Shown here: positions 37,425 through 46,554 of the stretch, piece after piece
How the letters are laid out: every line of letters begins with the position of its first letter
Position numbering within the stretch: position 1 is the stretch's first letter
Virus record (IMG/VR): IMGVR_UViG_3300018053_000002
Span: 10,063 to 74,062 of that record
Strand: one strand, 5' to 3'
DNA length: 64,000 nucleotides
Source of the DNA: a virus
Notes under the pieces: model-generated
Seen by the model: the letters and a program-made list of their open reading frames with translations, nothing else
What the model was told of the DNA's origin: nothing
Database searches by the model: none
Program-made: the position numbers and the translations under genes

Positions 37425-38272
37425 TGGCCCTACCGGTTCACTCGATCACGTGGCCAGTGGTGGTGGTTGGGCGAAGCAATGGTGAGCTGCCAGCCAGCAT
37501 CCTCGTTGACACCCCTGGTCAGGCGGGTGGGCCGATCGTTCGGCTGGTGGCACCGGCGGCGCGGGCGTGGCGGGCCCTGAGCGGTACTGCGCTCGCCGCT
37601 GGTCATGTCCTCAAGGCTACGAGTTTGTCGGACTCCTACCGCACGCTCAGCGTCCAGGAAGTCATCTTCTGCCAGCGGTACACGACCACGTTCCTGCCTG
37701 ACCGGCCGTACCGGACCTGGGAGGGCCAGCGCTGGTACCAGAAGCCGGGTACGGCCGTGGCCGCAGTGCCCGGAATGAGTAATCACGGGTGGGGTGTCGC
37801 GGTCGATGTGGGTGAGGAACGCGACGGTGACGTCGGTACCGAGTCGATCGACGCTGCCACGTTGGCCTGGCTGGTCGCGAATGAGAGCCGGTTCGGCTGG
37901 TCTCACGAGGTTCAGTCCGAACCCTGGCATATCCGCTACTGGAGCGGTGACACCACCCCACCCGCAGTCCTGGCCTTTGAGAAGGAGCCTGACGTGCTAT
38001 TGACCGACAAGCTTGCTAGCGGCATGACGGTGGGCGGCGCGCTCGACACGTTACTGGTCCGCACCAATTACCTGACCAACGTGCTTGGGCTGGCCGGGCG
38101 CCTCGATGCCATTCTCGCTGCGGCTCAGGACGACGGGAACGTGACGGTTGTTGCGGACCCGACTGTTGTAACCGAGTTGCAGGCCATTCGTGATGCGCTC
38201 GCCGCGGTACCCACTGCCGAGGAAACCGCTCAGGCGGTAGTCGATGAAGAGGCCACTCGGTTAGTCGACTGA
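37424..38272 (+). CDS. endolysin, M15-family peptidase
   Basis: SYR...Q; SNHGWGVAVD; EPWH. Confidence 0.85.
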   Translation: MALPVHSITWPVVVVGRSNGELPASILVDTPGQAGGPIVRLVAPAARAWRALSGTALAAGHVLKATSLSDSYRTLSVQEVIFCQRYTTTFLPDRPYRTWEGQRWYQKPGTAVAAVPGMSNHGWGVAVDVGEERDGDVGTESIDAATLAWLVANESRFGWSHEVQSEPWHIRYWSGDTTPPAVLAFEKEPDVLLTDKLASGMTVGGALDTLLVRTNYLTNVLGLAGRLDAILAAAQDDGNVTVVADPTVVTELQAIRDALAAVPTAEETAQAVVDEEATRLVD

Positions 38273-38310
38273 AAGGCACGCCGCCGACGCGGCTGAATAG
38301 CTACCCGAGA

Positions 38311-38736
38311 ATGGGGGGGGAGAACGTGGAAACTATCGTCGTCGCTCTGATCGTTGCCGCCGCCGCAGTCATTGGGCCGCTGCTGGTAGCCCGCCAGCGG
38401 GACAAGCGCCTTGATCGGAAGCTGGAGCAGAACAACAAACGGCTAGACGCCATCGGGCAGGTTGCATCGACCACCCTCGAAAAGGTCAGGACCGTCGAGA
38501 GACATACCGACGGAACCCTCACCGCCGCCTTCCGTGCTGAACTCGCGGCCGTTGACGCGCAGGCTGCCGCCATGCGCAGACCGGCACCGGACACGTGGGC
38601 GGCGATCCAAGCCACCGAAGCCCGAGCTGAGGTGTTGCGCCGCAACCTCGCCGAGCGGGAGAGGGCAACTGCTGCGGCCCAGAAGCTTATTGCCAATGGT
38701 GCGCAGGACGTCGAGGGTCCCGGTGAGCCGGGCTGA
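38311..38736 (+). CDS. membrane protein in lysis cassette
   Basis: One N-terminal TM segment plus coiled coil. Confidence 0.6.
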   Translation: MGGENVETIVVALIVAAAAVIGPLLVARQRDKRLDRKLEQNNKRLDAIGQVASTTLEKVRTVERHTDGTLTAAFRAELAAVDAQAAAMRRPAPDTWAAIQATEARAEVLRRNLAERERATAAAQKLIANGAQDVEGPGEPG

Positions 38737-39101
38737 TGTATACCTATGCCGCCACCGTAGTCAGAGTGGTCGATGGCGACTCGATCATTGTTGACCTGGA
38801 CCTGGGTCGGCGGATCTGGGTACGTGACGCGCCACATCGGTTGGCTGGTATAGCCGCACGTGAGCTGAAGATGCCCGGCGGCGTCGAGGCCCGGAACAAC
38901 CTGTCCACCCTGTTGCCGGTCGGTGCTCTGGTGACGCTGCGGTCGCTGAGACCCTACAAGTACGGCGACTCCTACATGGCACAGATCACCCTGTCCGACG
39001 GGACCGACCTGTGTAACCGGCTCATCGCTGACGGCTGGGCTCTGCCATGGGACGGGCGTGGTTCACAACCCGTTCCGTCATGGCCGCTGGCGCCTGTCTA
39101 G
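38736..39101 (+). CDS. staphylococcal-nuclease (thermonuclease)-like protein
   Basis: VVRVVDGDSI.VDLDLG...RLAGI..EL...KYG. Confidence 0.85.
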   Translation: MYTYAATVVRVVDGDSIIVDLDLGRRIWVRDAPHRLAGIAARELKMPGGVEARNNLSTLLPVGALVTLRSLRPYKYGDSYMAQITLSDGTDLCNRLIADGWALPWDGRGSQPVPSWPLAPV

Positions 39102-39148
39102 TTCTCCGGCGCATCGCATTGGTGGTCGGACTCAGATAAGGAGAAATC

Positions 39149-39298
39149 ATGTTAGCGATCCTGGCTCTGTTGGCGTTCGTGTTGGCACTTTTCCATGCCC
39201 ACTTTGCCAGCATCGACTTCGTTGTCCTCGGCCTTTGTTTCGTGGCCGCGCACCTGGCCTTTAGCATCGGCTTGACACCGTGGCGACGCGGCGGCTAA
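39149..39298 (+). CDS. small two-TM membrane protein (not in ORF track)
   Basis: AAGGAG RBS; MLAILALLAFVLALF... Confidence 0.65.
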   Translation: MLAILALLAFVLALFHAHFASIDFVVLGLCFVAAHLAFSIGLTPWRRGG

Positions 39299-39837
39299 AC
39301 CGCAGGGCTGTCATCACCGGCGCGTTTCTGACCGTCACCGTCACGGCCGTCGGCATGGAGGTGTGGTTCGCCACTGATAGCGACCCGGACACCCTCCCAT
39401 GGACCACGCTCCTAGTTGACAACGTGCCCGGTCCGATCATCCTTGCCGCCGTCGCGGTACTGACGTCGTGGATCGGGCCGCACTTCATCGAGGCCATCGC
39501 CAAACGAAAGGCCCGAACCATGAGCGCAGAAACCGTCACCGTCCCGGCAACCCCGGAGGCTGGGGCCCCGCGCGAGCCCCTGTTCGGCGTGGGATGGATC
39601 ACTGCCGTGGCAGCCGCCGCGCTCAGTTTGGCCGTGGCGTTCGGCATGGAGTTGACCGAGAAGCAGACTGGGGCCGTGCTCACGTTGGTCGCGCTTGTCG
39701 GGCCGGGGATCGTGGTGCTGGTGGGGCGGCGCAAGGTGTATGCCCCGGCGACCGTGCGGACGATGGTGGTCGACGCGGCCAACAATTTGCAGCCCGGCCA
39801 GACCCGCCCTGAGACGGTGGACGTGCCGGCGCCGTGA
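39280..39837 (+). CDS. holin-like multi-TM protein
   Basis: Four hydrophobic segments; AFGMELTEKQTGAV...RRKV. Confidence 0.65.
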   Translation: MATRRLNRRAVITGAFLTVTVTAVGMEVWFATDSDPDTLPWTTLLVDNVPGPIILAAVAVLTSWIGPHFIEAIAKRKARTMSAETVTVPATPEAGAPREPLFGVGWITAVAAAALSLAVAFGMELTEKQTGAVLTLVALVGPGIVVLVGRRKVYAPATVRTMVVDAANNLQPGQTRPETVDVPAP

Positions 39838-40048
39838 TCGTCCCCTTTTGATACCCTCACGTGGAGGGGTAGTCGACGCCGCTCTGGCACGGGTGGATCC
39901 GTGACCTCTGGCCCCAGGGCCTCACCCTCCAGGCAAGAGGTCCCGGGCGCGTCGACTACCTCTCCTCGTTTGGGCTCGTACTTCCCGCATCGAGCTGGGA
40001 CAGCCCAACTGCCCGGGATGGGCAGCTCTCCGAGATGGAGATGGCGTG

Positions 40049-40294
40049 ATGCCAAAAGAGATCATCTACGACAGTGCCGGGATGTATGACGCGGTTGTGG
40101 GCTGGAGCCCTGACCAGTACGTGCAGGTCGGCATCCAGACTCACAGTGGCCGAACGTTGGCCGAGACACTCGGGGCCGGTGACAACCCGGCTCAGTTCAC
40201 CGGACTGTGGGGCACCTTCGATCGGGACGGCCTCAACCGACTGATCAAAATGCTCCGTCATGCACGTGAGGCCGCGTACGGCAAGGACGAATAG
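40049..40294 (+). CDS. hypothetical protein
   Basis: ORF ends before terminator. Confidence 0.65.
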   Translation: MPKEIIYDSAGMYDAVVGWSPDQYVQVGIQTHSGRTLAETLGAGDNPAQFTGLWGTFDRDGLNRLIKMLRHAREAAYGKDE

Positions 40295-40372
40295 ACCGTG
40301 CGGACGGCGCTGTAAACCGGATGGTCCGTACCCCACGGTCGGCAGACATCACCGGGTCATGGTCGATACAAC

Positions 40373-40422
40373 GAAAAGGGCCCCGTTTCCGCCATCGCTG
40401 GTGGAAACGGGGCCCTTCTTTT
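40373..40422. terminator. bidirectional intrinsic terminator
   Basis: AAAAGGGCCCCGTTTCC...GGAAACGGGGCCCTTCTTTT between convergent genes. Confidence 0.85.
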
Positions 40423-40428
40423 GTGCGC

Positions 40429-40632
40429 CTACTCGACGGTCTCGAATCTGAACGAGCCAACCGTGTTGCCGTTGGCGTCTTGCAGTGTGAGTTCCGCTGG
40501 GTCCACCGTCCACTTGGCGTACTTCGGGTCCGCGACCTTCTTGGCAGCTTCCCGCAGTATCCGTGCGACTTCCTTCTCCAGGTCCGGCTCAAATGCTGCG
40601 TTGTCACAGGCAATCTCCAGCCAGAACTTCAT
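40429..40632 (-). CDS. small hypothetical protein
   Basis: MKFWLEIACDNAAF...DANGNTVG; AGGAG RBS. Confidence 0.75.
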   Translation of the reverse strand: MKFWLEIACDNAAFEPDLEKEVARILREAAKKVADPKYAKWTVDPAELTLQDANGNTVGSFRFETVE

Positions 40633-40729
40633 GGTCCTCATCCCTCTCCTAAGTGCTCCCGGTACAGTTGCCGGGCCCGTGGCCGGGGCGGGACTCGAAC
40701 CCGCCCTGTGTGCCTCCTCGGCCAACCTC

Positions 40730-40924
40730 TTACAGGTTGAGGTGAACCTTGACGTCTTTAACCTCAGCGAGGCCACCCCACTTCGGCTGCCGTAGGTACT
40801 GCTCGTGGTCCCTCAGATCACTGAGTGCCTGTTCCAGAGACCTGGCGGCGCTGGTGGTGCCGTATTCCTTGGTCCATTCGTCGAGGTCCAGCTCCACGTC
40901 GAGTGTCACCGTGAACCGTGCCAT
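40730..40924 (-). CDS. small hypothetical protein
   Basis: RBS; flanked by repeated elements. Confidence 0.7.
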   Translation of the reverse strand: MARFTVTLDVELDLDEWTKEYGTTSAARSLEQALSDLRDHEQYLRQPKWGGLAEVKDVKVHLNL

Positions 40925-41016
40925 GGTGATCCTTCTTCCTCTCTTGGGCCCCTAACCGGGGGCGGCCGGACGGGACTCGAACCCGCCTGTGTGCCGCTCG
41001 GCCGACCTTGCGCGTC

Positions 41017-41646
41017 CTACTCCACGGAGATCAGTTCTGCTCCGTCCAGCTTTCGCAGCTCACCAACCAGGTTGGCGGTGTAGCCCTCGCTCGCGTTGGC
41101 GGTCTTCGCGATCTGCTTGATCGTCCAGTCCGGGTGCTTGCTGAGAAGCTGGGCAACCAGTTCCTTCTTCTTCAGGATCGTGGCGGGTTTCGGCTCCGAC
41201 TTCGGCAGCCGGATGGCGAGACCTGTAGCTGCTGCTTCCAGCTCAGCGATCCGGTCGTTCAACTCGAAGACCGAGACCGAGGCAATGATCATCAGGCCGT
41301 CGATCAGGCCCGGCAGGATCGTTGCCGCCTGCCAGTCTTCGGTGTAACGGAGAACTGCTGAACGCTGGTGCCTGTAGCTCAGGTACGCCGCTCCGGCAGC
41401 GAGTCCGAACGTCACGATGGGACGGACCCACCGTCGATACCAGGGCCGGTCCTTGAGAATCGGGATCCGACTGACCAGTTCCCACGCACCGATGACGATG
41501 AGCGGGGGCGCTGCGGCGAAGAGGACGGGAACAGTACCCGGCTTCGCGTGTAGGACGTTGGCCCAGATCGAGAACCCCGCGGCGGCCAGAACGACCGCTC
41601 GACAGGCCCACAACAACCAGACCAACTTGTTGCGCTCTTTGTTCAT
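41017..41646 (-). CDS. DUF2637-like membrane protein with C-terminal HTH
   Basis: TM segments; SIWANVLHA, LSYRH, PGLIDGL; C-terminal HTH. Confidence 0.7.
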   Translation of the reverse strand: MNKERNKLVWLLWACRAVVLAAAGFSIWANVLHAKPGTVPVLFAAAPPLIVIGAWELVSRIPILKDRPWYRRWVRPIVTFGLAAGAAYLSYRHQRSAVLRYTEDWQAATILPGLIDGLMIIASVSVFELNDRIAELEAAATGLAIRLPKSEPKPATILKKKELVAQLLSKHPDWTIKQIAKTANASEGYTANLVGELRKLDGAELISVE

Positions 41647-42093
41647 GGCCCCTCCTCGGGGAACGAACGGGTTGCGCTTTTGCGCGTGGCTCCGGGAGGG
41701 GTCGAACCTCCTCCGGGCGTTCCCGCCTCAGGCGCGACTCGTGATGGTCGCAGCGCTGATTGATTACGTGCCTGACGCACGATTGACGTTCACGCCAGAT
41801 GCAGCCGGCGTAACGAAGCCATGGGCCCATCTCAACTCCGGTCGCGCTCGGGCGCGGTGTCGGGAGGAGTCGGGCTGTAATTCTGTGTGAGGGGGTGCAG
41901 GGCTTGTATCCTGCTAGCTCGGTCCTATCGCCGCAACACGTGGATCTGGTTCTGTGCGGCTTCCGTCTCCCCTTCGCTGCACCGACGGGTCTCGAACCAC
42001 GTCGACACGCCTGCCGGCGCGCCATGCCGGGCTTCCAGCTTCACCAAACGCTGGCGGTGCAATGGTAACCGGTGGCCTCCCCAGGATGACCGG

Positions 42094-42396
42094 TCATAGC
42101 CCGCAGGCGGGGCAGTCGTACAAGGTACCTGCTTCGTGTGGGTAGTCCGCGTGGACTCTATCCAGTGAGATCCAGCCGAGGCCGTAATGCCACTGCATCA
42201 GGTATGGACCCTCGCGGACGTGGTCGGCGGCGGGCTCGGTCTCGTGAGCCTCAGTCGGTTCGCCATAGTCCCACTGCGCTAAATGCGCCATGGTCTTGGC
42301 CACGCTCTCGGCCGTGGTCCAGCCGTCAACGTAGAGCATGTCGAGAGCCTCGTTCGCGTCATCGCCCTGCATGAAGATGATCGTTTCCGTGAGCAT
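42094..42396 (-). CDS. hypothetical protein
   Basis: RBS; HLAQWDYGE, CPAC. Confidence 0.65.
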   Translation of the reverse strand: MLTETIIFMQGDDANEALDMLYVDGWTTAESVAKTMAHLAQWDYGEPTEAHETEPAADHVREGPYLMQWHYGLGWISLDRVHADYPHEAGTLYDCPACGL

Positions 42397-42479
42397 CTCC
42401 GTGCTCCCTTCTTCCCCTCGGATGAGGGTAGTGGGTGCCGGGGCCTTGAATCCCGGTGGCTGCCAGTCACCCTCCTTGC

Positions 42480-42668
42480 TCAGACGTACGGTCGGAATTT
42501 GGCGGGTAGTCCTGCACGTTTCCGGGCTTCGCTCACCTGCGCCACAGTCCATGAGGACTGACACGTGCATTCGTCAACCGCTCCACATCCCTTGCGGGTG
42601 TGCCGTTCCAACAGGTGCCCGCACTCGCTACATTCCACGTAACCGTCGGACAACGCGGTGTCGTTCAT
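42480..42668 (-). CDS. small Zn-binding protein
   Basis: CSECGH...H...C...CTC; GGAGG RBS. Confidence 0.65.
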   Translation of the reverse strand: MNDTALSDGYVECSECGHLLERHTRKGCGAVDECTCQSSWTVAQVSEARKRAGLPAKFRPYV

Positions 42669-42699
42669 GTGTCGGTCTCCCTCCGACGTGCCCGGTCTG

Positions 42700-43185
42700 G
42701 CCGGGGTAGTGCTGTGTACGGGGGTCGAACCCGCCTACTCGAATCGACTGACCTGCGGTGGTCGTACCCGCCCGCGACCCGGTGCTACCGGCGACAGCAT
42801 TGGTGGTCCGAGAGAGGCTCAGCTTGTACGGATCGCCCGGACTCACACCGGGGGCTGTGATCTCTACCCTTTCGACCGGCGCGGACTCACACCGCTTCCG
42901 TGGCGGCCGGTGGCCGCTCTACGTCACAAATCAGGCCCCGGACTCTCACCGGCTTTGGATCGTTTCTGCCCGTCTTGGGTCTGGCCTCTCTCGGACTCGT
43001 GGGGGCGGGCTGACCTGCACAGCCTGTAGGACTGCGGCCGGCAGCGTGTAAATGCCGAACCTGCTAGCGCCCCTCAGTCTTTGCTATTCGGTGCTCCAGT
43101 CGGGCTGTTTCACTTCCCGGGTCCGCGCCTGCCACAATGGGTAAAGGTCTCGCTCGCCCTTGGTGTCCCGCTATCCACTTGTCCT
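42700..43185 (-). ncRNA. candidate structured ncRNA/leader with multiple T-loop-like hairpins
   Basis: No credible ORF; three CGGTGWGAGTCCG hairpins inside a perfect 13-bp stem (42806-42818/42984-42996); TATACT -10 upstream. Confidence 0.55.
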
Positions 43186-43191
43186 GCACCT

Positions 43192-43212
43192 AGTATAGCA
43201 TCCATGGATGCT
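43192..43212 (-). promoter_or_regulatory. -10 box (TATACT) abutting palindromic operator AGCATCCATGGATGCT
   Basis: Perfect 16-bp palindrome 43197-43212; near-copy at 43461-43476. Confidence 0.6.
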
Positions 43213-43256
43213 GGATTATTCCCGGGCACGCCAAGGTGCTGTCAGATCAAGGACAG

Positions 43257-43448
43257 TTAGCGGCGGGGAAGCTGCGGGCGTTCGGCCAGCCAGGTCTTCG
43301 CGGTGGACGGCCACCAGTAGGGGCGGACGTACTGGCCATCAATGTCACGACCGTCGGGCTCGGGCAGGTGCGCATGGCTGAGCGAGGTTATCTTGATCCC
43401 TGCCAGCTCGGCCATGTCTGCTCGGTAGAGCTTCCGACGAGGTGCCAT
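43257..43448 (-). CDS. small HTH DNA-binding protein
   Basis: LYRADMAELAGIKITSL...LPEPD...PYWWPST..W. Confidence 0.7.
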   Translation of the reverse strand: MAPRRKLYRADMAELAGIKITSLSHAHLPEPDGRDIDGQYVRPYWWPSTAKTWLAERPQLPRR

Positions 43449-43450
43449 GG

Positions 43451-43486
43451 TTGTCAGCTTAGCATCCATGGGTGCATACTGCGAGC
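43451..43486 (+). promoter_or_regulatory. promoter TTGTCA-N18-CATACT containing operator copy; probable leaderless start at 43487
   Basis: -35 at 43451-43456, -10 at 43475-43480, operator AGCATCCATGGGTGCA between. Confidence 0.55.
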
Positions 43487-44023
43487 ATGACACAGAATCC
43501 GCACCAAACACCGCCGGTTATCCCCGGCACTCATACTGCACCGTCGTCGGTGGCGCCCGTAACACCCAAGCGCCGCGTTCACCCGCTATCGATCATTCTT
43601 ACCGCCATTGGCGTGGCAACGTTTCTTGTCGGCATGATCCTTGTTGCCGTGTCGGTCGCAGGTCCTTCCGTCACGGCAGCCAGCTCACCCAGCCCCAGCC
43701 CGGTAGTCGTCTACGTGACCCAGCCCGGCGTTGCCCCGGTTGCCTCAGTGGCCGTGCCGGTCACCACAACCAAACCCCCACCACCCCCGGCGCCGACTAT
43801 TGACGATGGCACATGGACGGTTGGCGTGGATCTGCCGGCCGGCAAGTACCGGGTTACAGCCAACGTGGGTTCAGGCTGCTATTGGAAGATCACCAAATCG
43901 GGGACGAATGGCGAGGATATTATCGCCAACGACATTCCCGGCGGCGGCCGTCCGACGGTCACCGTGAAGGCTGGCCAGGACTTCAGCACGACGGAGTGTG
44001 GCACCTGGACAAAGATTGGCTGA
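43487..44023 (+). CDS. membrane-anchored surface protein
   Basis: TM + Pro/Ser linker + DGTWTVGVDLPAGKYR...CYW...ECGTW domain. Confidence 0.75.
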   Translation: MTQNPHQTPPVIPGTHTAPSSVAPVTPKRRVHPLSIILTAIGVATFLVGMILVAVSVAGPSVTAASSPSPSPVVVYVTQPGVAPVASVAVPVTTTKPPPPPAPTIDDGTWTVGVDLPAGKYRVTANVGSGCYWKITKSGTNGEDIIANDIPGGGRPTVTVKAGQDFSTTECGTWTKIG

Positions 44024-44501
44024 GCAAGGGGGGCGGCCGTCACGCCCACGCTGGGCGATACCGTTCATCGCCGGCTTGGCCGTCCTATTCCTTGTCGCGG
44101 CCGGAGCCACGTGGGCACTAACCCGGGCAGTCCCGGCCGCACCTACTCCGACGCAGTCCGCGACCGGGGCTGCGACAACCATCATCAACGGTGACCTCAC
44201 CCTCACCAGCGCCCGCGGTGTGAGGAACACGGTGGGCAGCATCTGCACCGGTACGGGCGGCTACGACGACATCCAGGCGGGCGCCTCAGTCACCGTTACC
44301 GACGCCAACGGGACCACGATCGCGCTCGGGTCACTCTTGCTCGGCGAGACGTCCGAGTTGATATTCAGGTGCGTCTTTCCGATCCGGGTCCTCGACGTGC
44401 CGATGGGCAAGGGCTTCTACGGGATCGAGGTGGCCCACCGGGGGAAAGTGCAGATCGCTGAGGCGGACCTTGCGGCGGGAGTGCACCTGACTCTGGGCTA
44501 G
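43998..44501 (+). CDS. membrane-anchored protein
   Basis: TM; C.GTGGYDDI..GA.VTVTD..G...C.F. Confidence 0.7.
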   Translation: MAPGQRLAEQGGRPSRPRWAIPFIAGLAVLFLVAAGATWALTRAVPAAPTPTQSATGAATTIINGDLTLTSARGVRNTVGSICTGTGGYDDIQAGASVTVTDANGTTIALGSLLLGETSELIFRCVFPIRVLDVPMGKGFYGIEVAHRGKVQIAEADLAAGVHLTLG

Positions 44502-44530
44502 AACTCCCTGAAGCGCGCTCCCCGTCAAGG

Positions 44531-44570
44531 AAGGGCCCCGGTCTCCACGTCATTGGAGATCGGGGCTCTT
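44531..44570. terminator. bidirectional terminator
   Basis: AAGGGCCCCGGTCTCCA...TGGAGATCGGGGCTCTT between convergent genes. Confidence 0.8.
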
Positions 44571-44581
44571 CTCGTTTGTCC

Positions 44582-45013
44582 TCAGCCGTTCGTTGCCTTA
44601 CGTGGTCGGCCACCCTTCTTGGCCGTCTCCGGGAGATTCTGACCACCCGCCTCCTCGTACGCCTCGGTGACCCGGGCTGGCAGTCGACCACGTGACCGCG
44701 GCATGGGGAGCTGGGGCTCCGTGCGGTTCCAGTTCGTCGTCCACCAGCGCCTCTGCGTGTCACGTTGGCCCTTATCGACCTGCGCTGTTGCCGTACTGGC
44801 CGGTGTCCGGACGGCGGGACCAGCCCGGAACGATCGTTCGGCCTTGTCGAGGAATGGCTGGATCGCCTGGACGTACGCGGTGTAGGAGTCGGGCCCAAGA
44901 TCAAGACGGTAGAACCACCCCTCGTGAAGGATGGACGTCGTGCGGACCAGGCCCTCTGGGACGCTCTCCCCAGTCATGTCGTCCGTGTAGACCTCGACGA
45001 TCTTCTTTGCCAT
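44582..45013 (-). CDS. lsr2: Lsr2-like nucleoid-associated protein
   Basis: MAKKIVEVYTDDMTG...YRLDL...QPFL; C-terminal RGRLP..V.EAYE (AT-hook-like RGR). Confidence 0.85.
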   Translation of the reverse strand: MAKKIVEVYTDDMTGESVPEGLVRTTSILHEGWFYRLDLGPDSYTAYVQAIQPFLDKAERSFRAGPAVRTPASTATAQVDKGQRDTQRRWWTTNWNRTEPQLPMPRSRGRLPARVTEAYEEAGGQNLPETAKKGGRPRKATNG

Positions 45014-45031
45014 AGATTGACCTCGTTTCGC

Positions 45032-45640
45032 TCAGCTTGAGGCGGCAGCCTCCTTGTTCTTCTTACGGATGGTAGTGAGCCAGTTCTGAGCGGTTTTCGG
45101 GGGGACCTTGAAGTGGTCCGCCAGCCCTACCGTCGACCCGGCCTGCTCGTGAACGGCCATCACCTCGTCTGCCGGGGGCATCTTGTGGTAGGTGCGCCGG
45201 GGCGTCGCCTCGGGGTCGGCCTTGACGCGCTTACGGGGCTTGCCTGCCTCGGCTTCCTGCTCATCGGCCTTCGCGATCCACTCACGGATCGACTGGAGAG
45301 TGGTGCCGAACTCGGCCGCTACGGCGCTGCGGAGCTTGCCGGACCTGACCTCGGCCACGGCCCTGGCCTTGTCCTCGGGGAGGAAACGTCTCTGCGACGG
45401 GGTCTTGGTCGGAACCTCGAACGACTGGGCCGGGATCGCGTCCAGGCGGTCGGCTGTGTTGGCCAGAGTGGAGGCCAGGGCGATGTACTCTGCCACGGAC
45501 CCGCTGACTCCCCCGCCGTTCTCAGTGCTGACCGACAGTGCCTTCACGATCGGGGTTGAACCGGACACATCCACTGTTGCGGTCACCCGTGGGCCTCTAC
45601 TCACGTCCATGCTGACGGTGACCAATGACTCTGCTGTCAT
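45032..45640 (-). CDS. HTH DNA-binding protein (two HTH-like segments)
   Basis: RRFLPEDKARAV...VAAEFGTT..SIREW; LADHFKVPPKTAQNW. Confidence 0.7.
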   Translation of the reverse strand: MTAESLVTVSMDVSRGPRVTATVDVSGSTPIVKALSVSTENGGGVSGSVAEYIALASTLANTADRLDAIPAQSFEVPTKTPSQRRFLPEDKARAVAEVRSGKLRSAVAAEFGTTLQSIREWIAKADEQEAEAGKPRKRVKADPEATPRRTYHKMPPADEVMAVHEQAGSTVGLADHFKVPPKTAQNWLTTIRKKNKEAAASS

Positions 45641-45731
45641 TGCCTCAGTTCTCCTTTGTGGGGGCAATGGGGGGGGGTGGTGGCATGAGCCCACCAATTA
45701 ACAGACGACTGTACGCGACGAATTGCGTCCG

Positions 45732-45962
45732 TCAACACGCATAGAGCTTTCGCGTGTCGATCTCACCGGTTCGGACGTCGGACCGCCCGCGGCGCCACTC
45801 GCCGGTCAGGTAGTCGCGGAGGATGTCGTCATCGACGTCGAACTGAGAGAGGAAGGACCACCAGGCGGCCATGGTGATGGCGGCGGCACGTAGTGATCGA
45901 ACGCTCTGGTACTCGACGAGGGCGCCATATCGGTACGCCTGGAGTCGGGCCCATCTCACCAT
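45732..45962 (-). CDS. hypothetical protein
   Basis: TAATG coupling. Confidence 0.5.
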   Translation of the reverse strand: MVRWARLQAYRYGALVEYQSVRSLRAAAITMAAWWSFLSQFDVDDDILRDYLTGEWRRGRSDVRTGEIDTRKLYAC

Positions 45963-46360
45963 TATGGATCTCCACGGTTGAGGACGATGATGCCGGCCTC
46001 AGTCGCGAGCTTCATACAGCCGCGGGTTCCGCGCGACTCCCCGAGTGGGTAGGCGAGCACGAGATCGGCGCCAAGCTCCACCATATGTCGGTTACGGAGG
46101 GGACCACACGCCGGCCAGGGTCCGAATAACGCAGCTGGATAGCGCTCGACCTTCACGTTGAGACCGGCCTTGATCGCAAGAGCGCACCAGCCATCGGCCC
46201 ACCTGTCAGCGCCTCGTAGTCGTCCCCGGCGGTCACAACAGGCTCCGTGAACGACGGTCAGGTCGTGATGGGATGCTTCGTACTGCCAGTTCAGGTCCAG
46301 CCAGATGAGGAAGGGCTCGGCCCAGTAGCGGGACCCGGTGACGATGGTGCGGGCCATCAA
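45962..46360 (-). CDS. SLOG/DUF2493-family protein
   Basis: IVTGSR.W; VVHGA; GAD; GPLRN..MV; SRGT. Confidence 0.85.
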   Translation of the reverse strand: MMARTIVTGSRYWAEPFLIWLDLNWQYEASHHDLTVVHGACCDRRGRLRGADRWADGWCALAIKAGLNVKVERYPAALFGPWPACGPLRNRHMVELGADLVLAYPLGESRGTRGCMKLATEAGIIVLNRGDP

Positions 46361-46554
46361 TCCCTCAGGACAATATAGACGTAGGCCCCGAGCTGCTGTG
46401 GGTACCAGTGCACGCCATGCACACGGTAGGTCCGTTCGTTTTCGCCGAGCGAGACAGTGTCGCCGACGCGAGGAGCGGCCTCCATGGTGAGGTCTAGACT
46501 GAAGCCTTCACCTGCCGGGCCGACGCCGCGTGGTGCATGAAATCGGATCTTCAT
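46357..46554 (-). CDS. hypothetical protein
   Basis: Coupled ORF. Confidence 0.55.
   Translation of the reverse strand: MKIRFHAPRGVGPAGEGFSLDLTMEAAPRVGDTVSLGENERTYRVHGVHWYPQQLGAYVYIVLRD

Noticed and set aside
42830-42960. Cobalamin or FMN riboswitch
   Set aside because: Only the T-loop motif matches; other conserved boxes and relevant downstream genes are absent
45032-45640. IS3-type transposase
   Set aside because: HTH only; no DDE domain or terminal inverted repeats
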